Assembly (NCBI GenBank): GCA_013239625.1
Contig: MU053934.1
Span: forward strand, 9,817,352-9,881,351
Source: Lama guanicoe
Taxonomy: Eukaryota
DNA: 64,000 bases
Direction of reading: 5' to 3'
Numbering within the stretch: the first letter of the stretch is position 1; every line of letters begins with the position of its first letter. Made by a program: the position numbers and the translations under genes. The notes beneath the pieces were generated by a model. It was not told the origin of the DNA. It was given only the letters and a program-made list of their open reading frames with translations, and did not search any database. Below, piece after piece: positions 11,756-24,700 of the stretch.

Positions 11756-12499
11756 GCATGTACGAGACAACTGGGAATTTGAGCAAACTGAACAGTGATA
11801 TAAAAATTTATCATCAGTTTTTAAAAAGAAAACTTGGATGCTGCTGTCAGTGGGAGCTGTGGAGCACGACCCCCCAGGACCCAGGCTCTGGGGTGCTGGG
11901 TGATGACGGCTCACAGCTGACGCTCTGCATTCACATACCCCCCAGAAATCCCACACCCAAAGCTACACACCCTTGCTGGGGCAGCCCACAGCCGGCGACG
12001 GGTCAGTATGGAGATGCAGAGACCGGGCCCTTCGGCCAGCGCAGCCCTCTCTGCGCGGCATCTCCAGGGCTGAGGCCTGGGGCAGCCGAGACCCTGCTGC
12101 CACCGCACCGGAGCCCAGTCCCTCCTCTGGGCAGCCCCGCGTGCCCCTGCACCAGGCCCCCGCCCAGGCATGGCTCCTTGAGAAAGCAGATCTCGGGGCC
12201 TCAGACCCCGTGGGTTTCAGAGAGTGGAACAGTTGATGGGTGTAAGAAAACCCTTTCACTCATCCAAGGGAACGCTTCCAATGAGCTTGTTTTTTAAGGT
12301 ACAAGTGAAACTGATCCATAATTAGCATAACAATCATCAGAAACATGCAAGGCTCCTGAAAAATCTGAGACCCCTCTACTTCCTCCAGTATCACCAAGAA
12401 TCTTCACTCCCAGGCTGTGGCACCCTAGAGCACACAGCCTGCTGAGCAAAGGGCACCTGGCCTGCGTCCCTCAAGCCCGGGGCGGGGGGGGGGGGGGGA

Positions 12500-12537
12500 N
12501 NNNNNNNNNNNNNNNNNNNNNNNNNNNNNNNNNNNNN
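12500..12537. other. Assembly gap (38 N) preceded by a 15-G run
   Basis: N run seen directly; poly-G at 12484-12498. Confidence 0.99.
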
Positions 12538-12949
12538 GGGGGAAGACGTGCAGTCGCTGACCTCCTACTGAGCTTCGTCCCTATTTAGGGCACCAGGCCC
12601 GTGACCCAGCGTGAGCCCACCCCCAGGGCCGGGCAGGCTCGGGTGGGCTCTCTGTGCTCCACGCCCCCACCAGGCAGGGCCCAGAGGCAGAGGCCAGAAG
12701 GCCCAGCCAGGCCGGCCACTTGTTCTCCCCGGGCGGGCTGCCCCTGCAGACCTGTGAGCAGAGGCCCCACACCCTGCTCAGAAGTGGGGAAAGGACAGCT
12801 GCCCGCGGACCCCTGCGGACCCTCCTCTCCGCTCCACCATCGATGGAAACCGTCCCATCTCCCAGGCCCGCTCCTGGGTTCCCAGGGTGCCCCGCCGGCC
12901 ACAGGACGCTGGGCTCCGCCACCCCGCCAGGCAGGCAGTGTGCACTAAG

Positions 12950-13155
12950 ACACAGGCAGGCACACACAACCTCACACACACGCACGGACACACGTCTGTG
13001 CCCCCACACATCCAGTCACACTGCTGATACACTCACCCCCTTCTGTGTGTTCACACACACACCCTCAAACATACACACTCATATTCACATGCACCTGCAT
13101 GCACACCCTCACACACACACACTCACCCATGCTCACCCCCTCACACACTCTCACG
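12950..13155 (+). repeat. Degenerate (CA)n-rich low-complexity tract
   Basis: Interrupted cacacac/ctcaca runs. Confidence 0.85.
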
Positions 13156-14039
13156 CTAAGCTGTGCTTCTGGCCCTTCTCCAGGTGGGCGGCCTGCAGCC
13201 TTCTTAAATTCTGTGTGCTGATTTTAAAACGCTTAGCTTCAGGTGTATTTGTTCTTCATACACTTCAAATTCTCTCATCTCTACTTGGAAAACACATGTG
13301 ACATCTGGGAGTGTTTGCTTTCCAAGTCCCAACTTGGCAGGTCGGGGGCCAAGCAGAGCGCATTCTGAAATAATAAAGCCACCGCGAGAGGACAGGGCGG
13401 GCCGTGCTCCCCAAACCGTGACGGCAAACAGAGGGAGGTCCGGCCCGGCCCTTCCCGCAGCGCTCTGCCCCCAGGGTTCCAGAACCCTGCCGATCTGGGT
13501 CGGCCAGGTGGTCAACGTCCACCAGGCTGAAAGCGAAGCCGGGGCCCCCACTGTGGCCACAGCCACTCCCGAGCTCTGCCTTCCCGTTGTCTGGACATCT
13601 GGACCCCCTCCACCTCGACCTAAGGGCTCCACGATGTCCTCTAAAGGGCCACCTGCTACCTCGGCCCAGACAGAGGAAGGCCCCGCACCCCGAGAGAGCG
13701 CGCTTCGTTCAGTTCCCGGAGGTCTGAATTTGGCTTTGCCGACAATACTCCTGCCCAAAGGCGGTTCCCAGTGGCCGCAGGGAAGCCTGGTTCCTCAGGC
13801 CGCCCCCGTGCGCAGGAGGACGGCAGAGGGGGGCTGAGCTGCCAGAGCCACGCTGCAGGTCAGCCAGCTGCCTTAACACACCGCTACCCAGTGGAAAGGG
13901 CCTGACGGTGCCCGGGTCCTTCTGTCCCTCTGCTCAAACCATCATGCAGTTGGAGGTCAGCTGCAAACACAGCTATCTCCATGAAATCGGTGTTGGCCTT
14001 AACTGTGAACGTTTTTTTTTTCCATTTCCAGCAAGAAGT

Positions 14040-14460
14040 TGTGCTTGTGTCCTGGGGCTGCTGCGACTGGTACGACAAACCTGGTGGCTTCAAACGACCG
14101 AGAGGTACTCTCACAGCCCTGGAGGCCCGAGGTCCAGAATCAAGGGGTCGCAGGGCCACGCGCCCTGCAGGCTCCAGCGAGGGCCCTCCGGCCTCTTCCA
14201 GCTCCTGGGGCGCCCTGCCTGGGCTGCGGCTGTTGTCCCTGCCTCTGTCGTCAGGCGAGCCTCCTCCCTGGGTCTGTCTCCCTCTCCTTTCTCTTACAAG
14301 GACACCAAATGCTGGATTTAGGGTGGACCTAAGTCTGACCTAAATCTGATCTCATCTCGAGAGCCTTAACTAATTACATCTGGAAAGACCCTATTTCCAA
14401 AGGAGGCCACATTCGGAGGTTCTGGACAGGAATTTGGAGGGGACACTACTCAAACACAGG
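14040..14460 (-). mobile_element. MLT1-type MaLR LTR
   Basis: tctcacagccctggaggcccgaggtccagaatcaagg...cttacaaggacacca...taactaattacatctggaaagaccctatttccaaa. Confidence 0.8.
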
Positions 14461-14486
14461 AGAGGCCCTCTGTATTTGTCCTAAAA

Positions 14487-14573
14487 ATTTTTTTTAACTG
14501 AAGTATAATCAGTTTACAATGTTATGTCAGTTTTCTGGTGTACAGCACAATGTCTCAGTCATCCACAGACATG
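14487..14573 (-). mobile_element. Extremely 5'-truncated L1 (87 bp) with 12-bp TSD
   Basis: Poly-T followed by aactgaagtataatcagtttacaatgtt; TTTGTCCTAAAA at 14475-14486 and 14574-14585. Confidence 0.85.
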
Positions 14574-16341
14574 TTTGTCCTAAAATGTTAACATTGTAAA
14601 TTTTGGCCTCTGCAAACACAGTGCCCCAGGATGAAGCAGCTCTGACCCTGCGGGGCCAACTGCCCCGGCTTCCTAGTGACTCACCAGGTCTGGTTTCTCT
14701 GCCTTCGGGGGACACTCTTCCCCGGCCTTTTCTGCCTGACCAGTGAGGGGTAGGGCTCCAGGGTCAGGCCTGGGCCAGCTCCCCACCTCTACAGCCATGC
14801 CTCAGGCCTGCTTCCCTGGGCCCCACACCCAACGGTCCAACCACAACCCCCCTGGTTATCTCCTCCAAAATCCCAGGCCTCAAACCTGTCCCTCCCTCGC
14901 CAAGCCTGCTCTCTGGGCCCTCCCGTGGGGGAGGGTCCCACAGCTGTCCAGGGAGGCGGGCCAAGAGCCCAGGAGCCACCCCTCCCCTTCTCCCTCGTCC
15001 CCATCAATGCCACCTGCCAGAGTCCAAGTCACTAGCCTCCACCGCCATCTGCACCCCGGTCTACACCACCCCCTAAATCGGCACAACCACAGCCACCTTC
15101 TCCTCTTGGGCTCCTGGAGCCACATCAGCTGCTCACTGCTTTGCAGATCTTCTTGTTCTCCACAAAACACCTGCGAGAGCTTTCCAGAATGCTGACCTGG
15201 CCACGTGCGGCTTAGGACCAACCCCGCTGCTACGTGAAGACCCCCTCTGCCGCAGGACCTGGCCCTCAGCCACATGCCAGCTCGTCTGCACCACACCTCA
15301 CACACCGGCCACATGGTCTCCCTGGTTGCAGGACGGCTGGGGGATTCACCAGGCCACCTACCCGGTAGGTACAGACCTATGCAAATCACCGCTAACAACA
15401 ATGACCCAGTGGTGACCATCTTTCTCTAGGCCTGGCGTCCTCTCTCCTGGCCTCTGCAGGTGGCTTCCCTGTGCCTGGGTGTGACCCCATCTCGGGCACC
15501 TCCCCACCCCCTCAGGAGGCTCTACCCACCCACCTGACCAGGTCCAGGGTGCCCATGACAAACTTCGATGGGCCCAGAATCTCCCCTCTTGAGAGAACGC
15601 TCGTCCCAACTCCAGGGGACACCCCCGTTCCTGCACATCGGTCTCCCCAGGCTCTGGGGCAGGGTCTGCCTGGGGGCCGAGTCTAAGAATATCCAGCACA
15701 CAGAGGGTGTCTGACGCAGGCCCGGCATGCAGCAGGTACTCGACAAATGCTTGTCAGATGAAGTCATAAAATGCCAGGATTTCCCCAATTCCAAGCCAAT
15801 GATTAATGCTAGTGCAAAATCATAAAACCTACATAATTCATGTGTTTGATTCAAACAGTGCTGGAAATATGTTGATGCAATGAATGAAGAATTAATTCTA
15901 CAGTTAAACACACCTTTTTAAAAAAAATAAAATAAAAGGCAGTGAGAACTCGGAGCATGCAGGTTTCGGGTGACCTGAGTCGCCCTGGAAAGGTTCTCAT
16001 CTCCGGGTTCCGGGACCTTCGTTCAGGCCCCTGTGGCACCTTCGCAGGATGCTTTTCACGGCCAATACTCCAGCGTATTTGTTTAAACTGCACAGTAATC
16101 CACTTACGTTTTCCTCAACTGTACCTTCTACACCCAGCGTGCTGACAGGTCATGACAGCCAAGCGTCGCGGGAGAGCCCCGGTACGTGGCGCTGGGCCGC
16201 TTCCGTGGTGGACAGACCGCATCACGGCCAACTTGGCATCACTGAACTCCGCGGAGAGATGTGAGATGATGGATTTTAATTCTTAAAATCACTTTACTTA
16301 CGTAAATAATTTGGATCAAATTTAGTGAGCCCTACATCTAA

Positions 16342-16735
16342 CTTTTTAAACTGCAGTACAGTCGACTTACAATGCCGTGTTCATTTCCGCGTACGGCATC
16401 GGGTCCAGTTACACACATGCATGTGCTGTTCAGTGCCACACAGTAGGACTTCGTTCTTTATCTGTTTTACATAAGGTAGTTTCCGCAAATCCTAAATTCC
16501 TAGTTTACCCCTCCCCACCCCCTCTTGCCCCCAGTAACCATATGTTTGTTTTCTATGCCTGTGATTCTGTTTCTGTTTTGTAAATAAGTTCCTCTGTGTC
16601 ATTTTTTTAGATTCCACATATAAGTGGTATCGGGGGACATCTGTCTTTCCCTGTCTGATTTACACGTAGTATAGTCACCTCTAGGTCTATCCATGTTGCT
16701 GCAAGTGGCATTATTTCACTCTTTTGTATAGTTTT
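16342..16735 (-). mobile_element. L1 3' end (lineage-specific family)
   Basis: ttttttagattccacatataagtg...atccatgttgctgcaagtggcattattt is the reverse complement of the L1 3' region at about 31950-32075. Confidence 0.85.
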
Positions 16736-17868
16736 AATTTAGTATACAGTTCTTACAAGAAAGACCATTTTAATGAAATAAATGTTCTCAGATGTGCTCA
16801 CCGTCAAGATTGACTTTCATCTTTCCCTTTCGAGGGGTTTGCATTCAAAATGAATTTGGGCTTCTCCTTACGCCCAAGCATCCTGCTTGGAGTCAGTTGC
16901 TTGCTCTGAGTCGTCCTGAACCCGGGGACAATCCCCACCCCTGTCCTACCGTGCACCCCTCATCACGACTGCCAGTCTCGTCCCTACACCGAAGATCAGG
17001 TTCACCCGAGCAAGCCAATAGCCTCGCTCCATAATGCATGAAGCACCACAACCCCTGCGGACGAGGGCCCAGGGCCCAGTCTCCTGGTCACTGGCTGCAA
17101 ATGCAGAGCCCCACGTGGGAAACCAGGAAAGGCCCCCATGCCCCGAAAAGTCATTCTTAACTGCAAAACAGGAGCTCCCAGGAGCCGAGATCCCCTCAGT
17201 CCCACGGCCTCACCCATACCCCCACCACTGCGTGCCTGTTCCACCCAGGCTGGGGGCTGGGAGTGAGGGGACACTGACTGCCCGGGGGCCCCAGCCTGCA
17301 GGGCCGGAGCCACAGACCCTCGGTTGGGGGTAAGTCCCCCAGAAAAGCCCCCCAGCCTCCAAGGCTTACACAGGGCTTGTCTGCAGGGCAGCTGTGCTGA
17401 GAGCACAGGGCCTGGAGGATGGGGTGAGGCCCGCAGGGCCCCTCGCTGCCCGAACCCTCAGAGCCCTGGGTGTGGGAGCCTCAACACGCCCCCAGCCTGC
17501 CGATGAGGACACTGAGGCCCAGCACAAGGTACAAGAATATCATTTTTTGTTTGTTTGAAAAAAGAGAGATTCCTTAAAGATAAGGGAAATGGAGGGAAAA
17601 AACAGTGCCTGGGTGGGGGAGACCCCGAGCTGCGCTGTCCAGGAGCGTCAGTGCCGCACGTGGAGAGGAGGGTGGGGACCGCTCAGCCCAGAAGAGGCCC
17701 CAGCAGAGGCGCAGGAAGTACCGAGACTCCACGGGCTGGGGCCAGATGAGGGTGACAGGCACGCCCCTGGTCACGGCTGTGAACGAGAAGGGGCAGCGAA
17801 CACCCTGGCCTCACTGCGTGCAGGACTGGCGGGGGAGCAGGGCGCAGCCCGGGGAAGGGAAGAGCCTG

Positions 17869-18025
17869 AGTGTGCGTGTGTGTGTGTGTGATGTGTGCCC
17901 GTGGTACACGTGTGGTGTTGCAGTGTGTGTGTGTGATATGTGCGTGTGCATGGAGTGCAATGTGTGCATGTGGTATACGTGTGTTGTATGTGGTATATGT
18001 GTGGTGTGTGTGCACGTGTGTGTGA
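17869..18025 (+). repeat. Degenerate (TG)n-rich tract
   Basis: Interrupted gtgtgt runs. Confidence 0.9.
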
Positions 18026-19071
18026 CAGTTGCAGCAGGTCTGGGAGAGGACGGGCAGGGTGGGGAAACCCGGTTCCTGCCCAGAGGAGCTCCAGACGGTC
18101 CCAGGGCTGCTCCAGGACCAGGACGAGAGAGACGGGGCTGGGGACCGGCGGGCCAAGCCCCCAGCCCTGGAGGAGGGCAGGGACGGGCCCCAGGAGGGGA
18201 AGGACACGTAGAGGTTTGACGACTTCAGTTTCTCAAGAAATAGAGAGACAACTAACTGCCTTCTGGCCCTAAGAAATAGCTCAGGGCTTTGAACTTGAAA
18301 AACTAGAATCTCCGGTGGCTGCCATCCACCAGTGAGGCTCGTTTCAGTGGCAGAAGGAGCGTGAGATGAGACAAAGGCTGGGTCTCTGCAAAGACTAAAC
18401 ACTGAGAAAATCGGTCCATCCGCCCTTCCACCTGCAGGGCCTCAGCATCCCCTCCCAGCAACCCCACAGCCCGAGGAGGCTGGGGTCCAGGGGCGATGAG
18501 CTAGTCCCCTGAAGCCCTGAGCTGTGCACCTGGCAGGTGGGGCTGTGACTCTGATCCCCTGCTGTTAACCGGCCTCTTGAGACCAGGCCTCGTCTGCCCA
18601 CCCCTCGCCCCCTCCACAAGGGGTTAAGCCTCCTCCCTCAAGGGGTTAAGGCTGCTACCAAAGGCCTCTGAGAGGCCAGACACCTGCCCGCCAACCCCCC
18701 CACCAGGGGAGGGGAAGCCGGAAGCCCAGAACCCCGCAGGCTTGTCCTGGGCTGGGCCTTCGGGGTGACTTCATTACTGCCATTGAAGCAAATTCCCAGA
18801 ACACCGGACACACCCGTTTTTTAAATATAAATTTAAAATGCATTCCAGCAGCAAAAAAAAACCTATTCCTGCTTATCCACGGCTCCTGGCTGTTAAGAAC
18901 AGAGTCACCCACACACCTGAGGGGTTGAAACCTGGCTAACCTGAATAATCAGTGTGCTTTCTAAACTCCTGGTGCAGGCACACGGCCCGGCCCAGCCCAG
19001 CCCAGCCCGGGGCCACACATGGGGGCCCCTCTTTCAGAAAAGGGGTGCTCTTCCCACCCACCCTCCCTTCC

Positions 19072-19211
19072 TGCCTATTATGGGGGTGGGGGACAGAAAA
19101 AAACTAACCATTTGGTCAGCTAAATGACCGTCCCTAAAAGATGCCAATTATGGGGGTGGGGGACAGAAAAAAACTAACCATTTGGTCAGCTAAATGACCG
19201 TCCCTAAAAGA
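19072..19211. repeat. 70-bp tandem duplication (2 copies, 1 mismatch)
   Basis: tgcc(t/a)attatgggggtgggggacagaaaaaaactaaccatttggtcagctaaatgaccgtccctaaaaga at 19072-19141 and 19142-19211. Confidence 0.97.
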
Positions 19212-19389
19212 CACATCCGCCTCTAATTCCCGGAACCTGGGAATACCGCCTCCCACGGCGAACGGTGTGCCTGCATGAAGGAGCCTGAGACCAGAGACAA
19301 TCCTCATCATCCGGGCGGGCCCTCCGCGACCGAGTGAATCCTTACGAAAGAGCGGCGGCTGGAGTTTAGAAACCACTCGAGGACGGGGG

Positions 19390-19565
19390 CAGAGACGATG
19401 CGGTCATGAGCCCAGGGGGCCCAAGGGAGACCCCCCAGGTCCCCCCGAGCCTCCAGAGGAAGCGTGACCAGGCCAACACCTTGATCTCAGGACTCTGGCC
19501 TCTGAAACTGTGACAGCGTGACTCCCAGTCTGCGGTCTCCTGTGACGGGAAACCACTACGAACCC
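19390..19565 (+). mobile_element. MLT1-type LTR fragment
   Basis: gagcctccagaggaagcgtgaccaggccaacaccttgatctcaggactctggcctctgaaactgtga. Confidence 0.65.
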
Positions 19566-21299
19566 CAAACACACCACAGAAACCGGGCAGACTCAGCAGC
19601 AACCACTTCCTGGGGATGGTCCCCGGACAGCGGCGCCTCGGCCCCTCTCAGTGTCTCCCGGGCCTCAGTGGACCTGGGGACCCTGAAGAGAAAGCACCCT
19701 CTGTCCCCCAGCCCTTCGTGGTGCCCCGGGGGCAGCGGCTGAGGACCGGGGCACCACGTGAACATATGCGCGTGGACGCCCAAGTCCTGGCTGCCAAAGC
19801 CGGTGGGGGCCCCGCAGAGGGCCCGACACCTGCACGCGGGCTGCCGGGGGCACGGTGCACCCGGTGACCGGGGGGGGCAACTCAGCTGGCCCAGAACCCC
19901 ATCTGGGCCCCTCAACAAGGTGCTTCCAAGGCCCCGGAAGTGAAGGCAGGGCGCTTCTGAGCCAGGGACGTAGCAGCTCAGGAGGTGTCTGGGATGAAGG
20001 ACGAGGCAGAGTCTGGCGGAGGGTCCAGTCCCTGGCAACCTGGGACAAAGCCACTGTCCCCCGGGGCCTGCTGGGAGGCAGGTTCCGGCTGCCCCGGGGC
20101 CCGACATGGGGCTGTCCAGGGCTCCCCTCGTGCCCTGCTGTGCCTGTCGGTGCCTCTCCCCACAGACCATGACGGGGCGCGGTACACAGGCTGGAAACTG
20201 CCTCTTCCAGGGAGGTCCCGGCTTTGGAAGGGGTCACCCCAGCGCCCCTAGGATGGCCAGCTTTTCAGCCGGGGCATCTATCCTATAACGTCCCAAGAAC
20301 CAGCTCCAGGAGGACGTCTCAGACACAAGACTGATTAAGCTCTAGGACACGGGGCCATCTGAGGGCGGGAGCCCAGGAGGGCCAGGGAAGGTCTCCTAGA
20401 GAAGGCGAGCTTGTGGGGGTGCGCAGGTGGGGTGGGAGACGCCCCGCACCCCGGGGGAGAGGGAGGCACAGGGCCTGGCCCCAGGCGAGCGCCCCTGGGT
20501 GGCGCTGGAGAAGCCTGGAGGCCGGGCTGAGGGTCTGGGCAGGCGCCCGCGGACCGCGGGGAAGAACCCGTCGGTGGAAAGCAGACCTGCAGCTGCGCGC
20601 GGCGAGGCCGGAAAGGGACGTTCCCGGCGCTTCATCAGTTTGAAGGGAACCCTTGCCAACTCCCAAACAGCGACGTGTCCAAACGCAGCCGGAATGCTAA
20701 CGAAAGCCTTGATCATCCATGCAAAACCGCAGCTGAGCCCCCGACGGTTCCAATTCCCCTGCCCCGCGTCCCATGGTGCCGGGAGGAGGGACAGTTCCTT
20801 GGGGCAGATCGGTGTCCAGAGGGAAGAACCCGTGTTCTTCTTCCCCCGTGTGGGTCAGAACAGCTTCTGGATCCTTCTGCAGAAGCGGCTGCTCTCCAAA
20901 CGCACAGCACTCGGTACGCACGCCTGTGGGGTGGGGGGAGGGGGCGACAAGGGCTGACCCAGGAGCCTTGTCTCCCCTCAGACAGCGGGTGTGACACCCC
21001 AGGGGGGTTCTGACAGCATGGGGCATGTCTCCCGGCTGCTTCACTGGCTGTGGTCACACATTTCAGGGTGCACCTGTGCCCCCTGCCGACTCATGCCCCG
21101 CGCCCAGCCCATCCAGCCCACGAGGAGCTGGCTGGGTGGACGCGGGGAACGCCTGCGCTCCAAAGGGAAGACAAACCTCAGGAGCCTGTCTCCTGCCCAG
21201 GACTGTCCTCTGGCCCAGCAGATGCCCGACAAGCAGGCTGACAGGAAGTGGCCGCTGTCGCCCACCGCCAGAGGCCCTGAGGCGGGTGGCACTGGGTCC

Positions 21300-21720
21300 C
21301 CCAGTACCGTATGCTCAAGTCCGAACCCCTGGCACCTGTGAATTGGTCTTGTTTAGAAATAGGGTCTTGCCGATGTGATCAGGTTAAAATGAGACTACAC
21401 TGGATGAAGGCAGAGCCTGTCCTTAGAAAACGAGGGAAATTTGGAAGCAGAGACAGAATGCACCCAGGGAGGAGGCCACCTGAGGACAGAGGCACAGACT
21501 GACGAGTTGCAGTGACAAGCGAAGGCGCACTTGGGACACACACATTCAGAAGCTTCGAAGCGGCGGGAAGGACTCTCCCCTCGAGTCCCTGCAAGGAGCA
21601 AGTCCCCGCCGACACCTCGGTTCTGGACTTCTGGCCTCCAGACTGGGAGGGGGTAAACTCCTGCTGTTTTAAGCCACCCAGCGTGTGGTCCGTGGTGACA
21701 GAAGCCCCAGGCAGGTAACA
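21300..21720 (+). mobile_element. MLT1-type MaLR LTR
   Basis: cctgtgaattggtcttgtttagaaatagggtcttgccgatgtgatc...ggacttctggcctccagactg...tgttttaagccacccag. Confidence 0.8.
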
Positions 21721-24700
21721 GAAGCCCTGGGACTGTCCTCTTCCCGTCGGGCTGTCATGTGCACCCTGACCAGGCCAGGAGGACGCCGACGGTGCTCATT
21801 AAAAGCCCCAGCTTTGGGGGAAAGAATTCCAAGGAAGAGAACAGGAGACACCTGGCTACGTGCATCCACACCCAATCTCTCTGTGAACATTTTTAATGGA
21901 AAACAAAGTCCCCCAGGCGCGCGCTAATGCCCCGGCTTTCCCACAATGTACCGGAGAAGGGCCCCATATCCCGGACCTGGAAGCTGTAGAAAGGGCCAGA
22001 CGTCAAAGCCTGGAGAGGTGCTAACGAGAAGGAACCTGGCACAATCCTGAGAGTCTGAAAGGCACCTTTTCCTAAGAAAGGCTCCTGCTTCTGCTTTACC
22101 TGAGGCCGTAATTACAGGCTCAGTAATGGGTTTCATTTTGAATGATAATTAACTCTCTGGCTTAAGGACTGAATTCAACTTGACTACGGACTCTTCCAAG
22201 TGGAGTTTTAACCCAGTGAACTGCAGGAAGGGGGGCAAACTCGTTTCTGCCGTGTTATGTGAATGTCATCCCACGGGATGACGGCCCAGCCCAGATGCAC
22301 GGGGCACCGCCAGTCTCACACGGAGTGCGGGGTCCGAGCTTCACCTGGGGACGGGACTGCCACGCCCCTGGTGAGAGAGTTCAGGATCAAACTCAGACCT
22401 GGAGGAACGCGCACGGGTACTGGGTCAGAGACGTGCCACAATGGATGGAAAGTTTTCCCCGTGAACAGAAAAGATGACTCGATTTTTATATTGAAAGTTT
22501 CTCTCACCTTGAACCTACACAAAGCATCCTGGCCCTGGGAAGTCACCACGGGCGACAGTCAGGGTCCCAGAAGGCCCTCTCACAGGACACCTGGGACGTC
22601 CTGCTCCGGGGTAGTTAGCACCAAGCTCAAACCCAGCATCGCTGAGACTCTTCGAAGTGGCCCCTGACCCACTGATCCCCAAATCAGGCTAAATCCTGCT
22701 GAGGCGCCCCCTGACGACACAGGCCAGCAGCGTAGACGTGCAGAGCCCAGGGGCAGCCGCGTCCTTCACGCACAGAGGCAGGCCCACTCGCTGGTATTCA
22801 GAACACCCTCTGAACCCAGACAAGCAGCCTGGGCTCTAAGAAGGGAGGCTCAAGAATAAACAGGACCCTCCCCTCCATCCCCTTGCCCCTCAAAGTGCAG
22901 AACACCCCAAAGTCCAAGAGAGCCCTCCCTCCCCAGTGATGCCAAAGCTGCCGCCTCCGCAGGCATGGGCCAGGGCCGACATCGATCCGGGGCGACAGAC
23001 CACGTGCCCGCGCAGCTCTCCACACCATGAAGACGCACATGTGGGAGGAAGGGGAGGAGCTTCCCAGGCAGCTGCGGGCCTGGGGACGCGAAAGCACCTG
23101 CTGTGACCCACATGGCCGGTGTGCACAGCCGCAGGACAGGAAGGAACAGAGCAGTCGGAGGGGGAGCCCTGTCCCCTCCAGCTCAGTCACGGGAGCAGCG
23201 AAGGCTCTGCTCTGCGCGCAACACAGAACCGCGGACCCCGAGGAGGAGCAGACCTGTTCACCCCAACCCTGTCATCCTGCGTGGTACTTAGTATGCGCCT
23301 ACTGGATGCCTGGCGCTGTGCTGATGCAAGAAGATGCTGGATGCAGAGGGGAGGGAGCAGACAGCAACGCGGCGTGCAGGGTGACAGGGTGAACGTGGGG
23401 TGTGGGGTGCATCTACCGTGAGCCCCGAGTGGGCTGAAAGGAGGGGCCAGGGCAGGGAGGCAGGGTCAGGGTCTCCAGAATCGGTGCTCAGGAGGGAGGC
23501 CCCCGGGTCCCTGACCCAGCTCTGCACCTCGGTGTCCCTGAACCGGGGGAGAGCTGTCCCCGCCTCACAGGGCTGTGGCGGGCACGGGGAAAGGGCCTGG
23601 GCAGAGCCTGGTGGACACGTGCCCCCACGTCAGGAGCAGTGATGATTCGACTTTTTAACCCGGGAGACCAAGCAGCAAGACGCAACAGGACCAGGACCCA
23701 GAAGCGCATCCTGAGGCTCACCCGGGGTTCAATCAGCCTCGTCTCTTCCCAGAAGAGTTTCTGCCAACCCCTCGGTTAACAGGGTGGCCGCGGAGAGAAA
23801 CGCTCTCCTGGGCCACTGCTCAGTGACACTGCTTTGCATCTCTCAGCACGCTGCCCTGGGAACCCTGAGCGCCCTGCACATGGCAGGCGTCTTTTAATAG
23901 GTGCTGTGAAGTCCATGAAACAAGAGAAAGGACCTGGTAGACAGGTGACCTGCGTTGTTCCACCCTGGAGGAGTCCACGGGCGACAAGCCTGAGCTCGGG
24001 AGCCAGAACCCCGGGTTCCAATCCTGACTCACCCTTTGTCCGAGTCTGCGGAAGGGCGTCTCCGCCTCCACCGGCAACTCATTCCCGTGGAGACCGTTCT
24101 CTGTGGGGGCCCCCGTGCCCGGAGGGCAGTGAGCAGCAGCCCAGGGCCCTGGCCAGCAGCGGCCCGCCCCCCGCTGTGACCACTGAACACGTCCTCGGAT
24201 TCCATCAGACGTGCCGCAGAGGCAGAGCCACCCCCGTCGAGAGCCTCTGGGCTAGAAACTCTGGTGTGCGGTGCCACGGTCTCCACCAGAGCTGCAGGGA
24301 CGACTGGGCTAACGTGTGCAGGACCACATGGAACGGTGAGCACCTAACGGGCCCGGTAAGCGTCATCCCCAGGTCACTGTCATCCTGAGGGTCGCAGAAA
24401 TAAGTGAACCACACCCAAAACGAGAGCAGAGCAGCCAACACAGAAACACAGCACCGGGGGAGTTTCCGGGGTGATGGGCGATCACTGCCCGAGGAGGTTG
24501 GGAACCTTCCAGAAACTTCCCAGAGCAGGGGCAGCACTGGGCCGGACCCTGACGGAGGGAACTGCAGAGGGATGGCAGGTGCAGCGGGGAGGAGATGGGG
24601 AAGACGTGCCGCGTCCTTGGGGAGTTTAATTCAATTCACAGACTGGAAGACTGAGGGGCCAGAAGCAAGGAAAACGGCATGAGTGCTTGTCACACACGAC

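Noticed and set aside
19072..19211. Repeats considered as a CRISPR-like array
   Set aside because: Only two directly adjacent copies with no spacers, in a mammalian intron. No CRISPR or other prokaryotic system is visible anywhere in the window.
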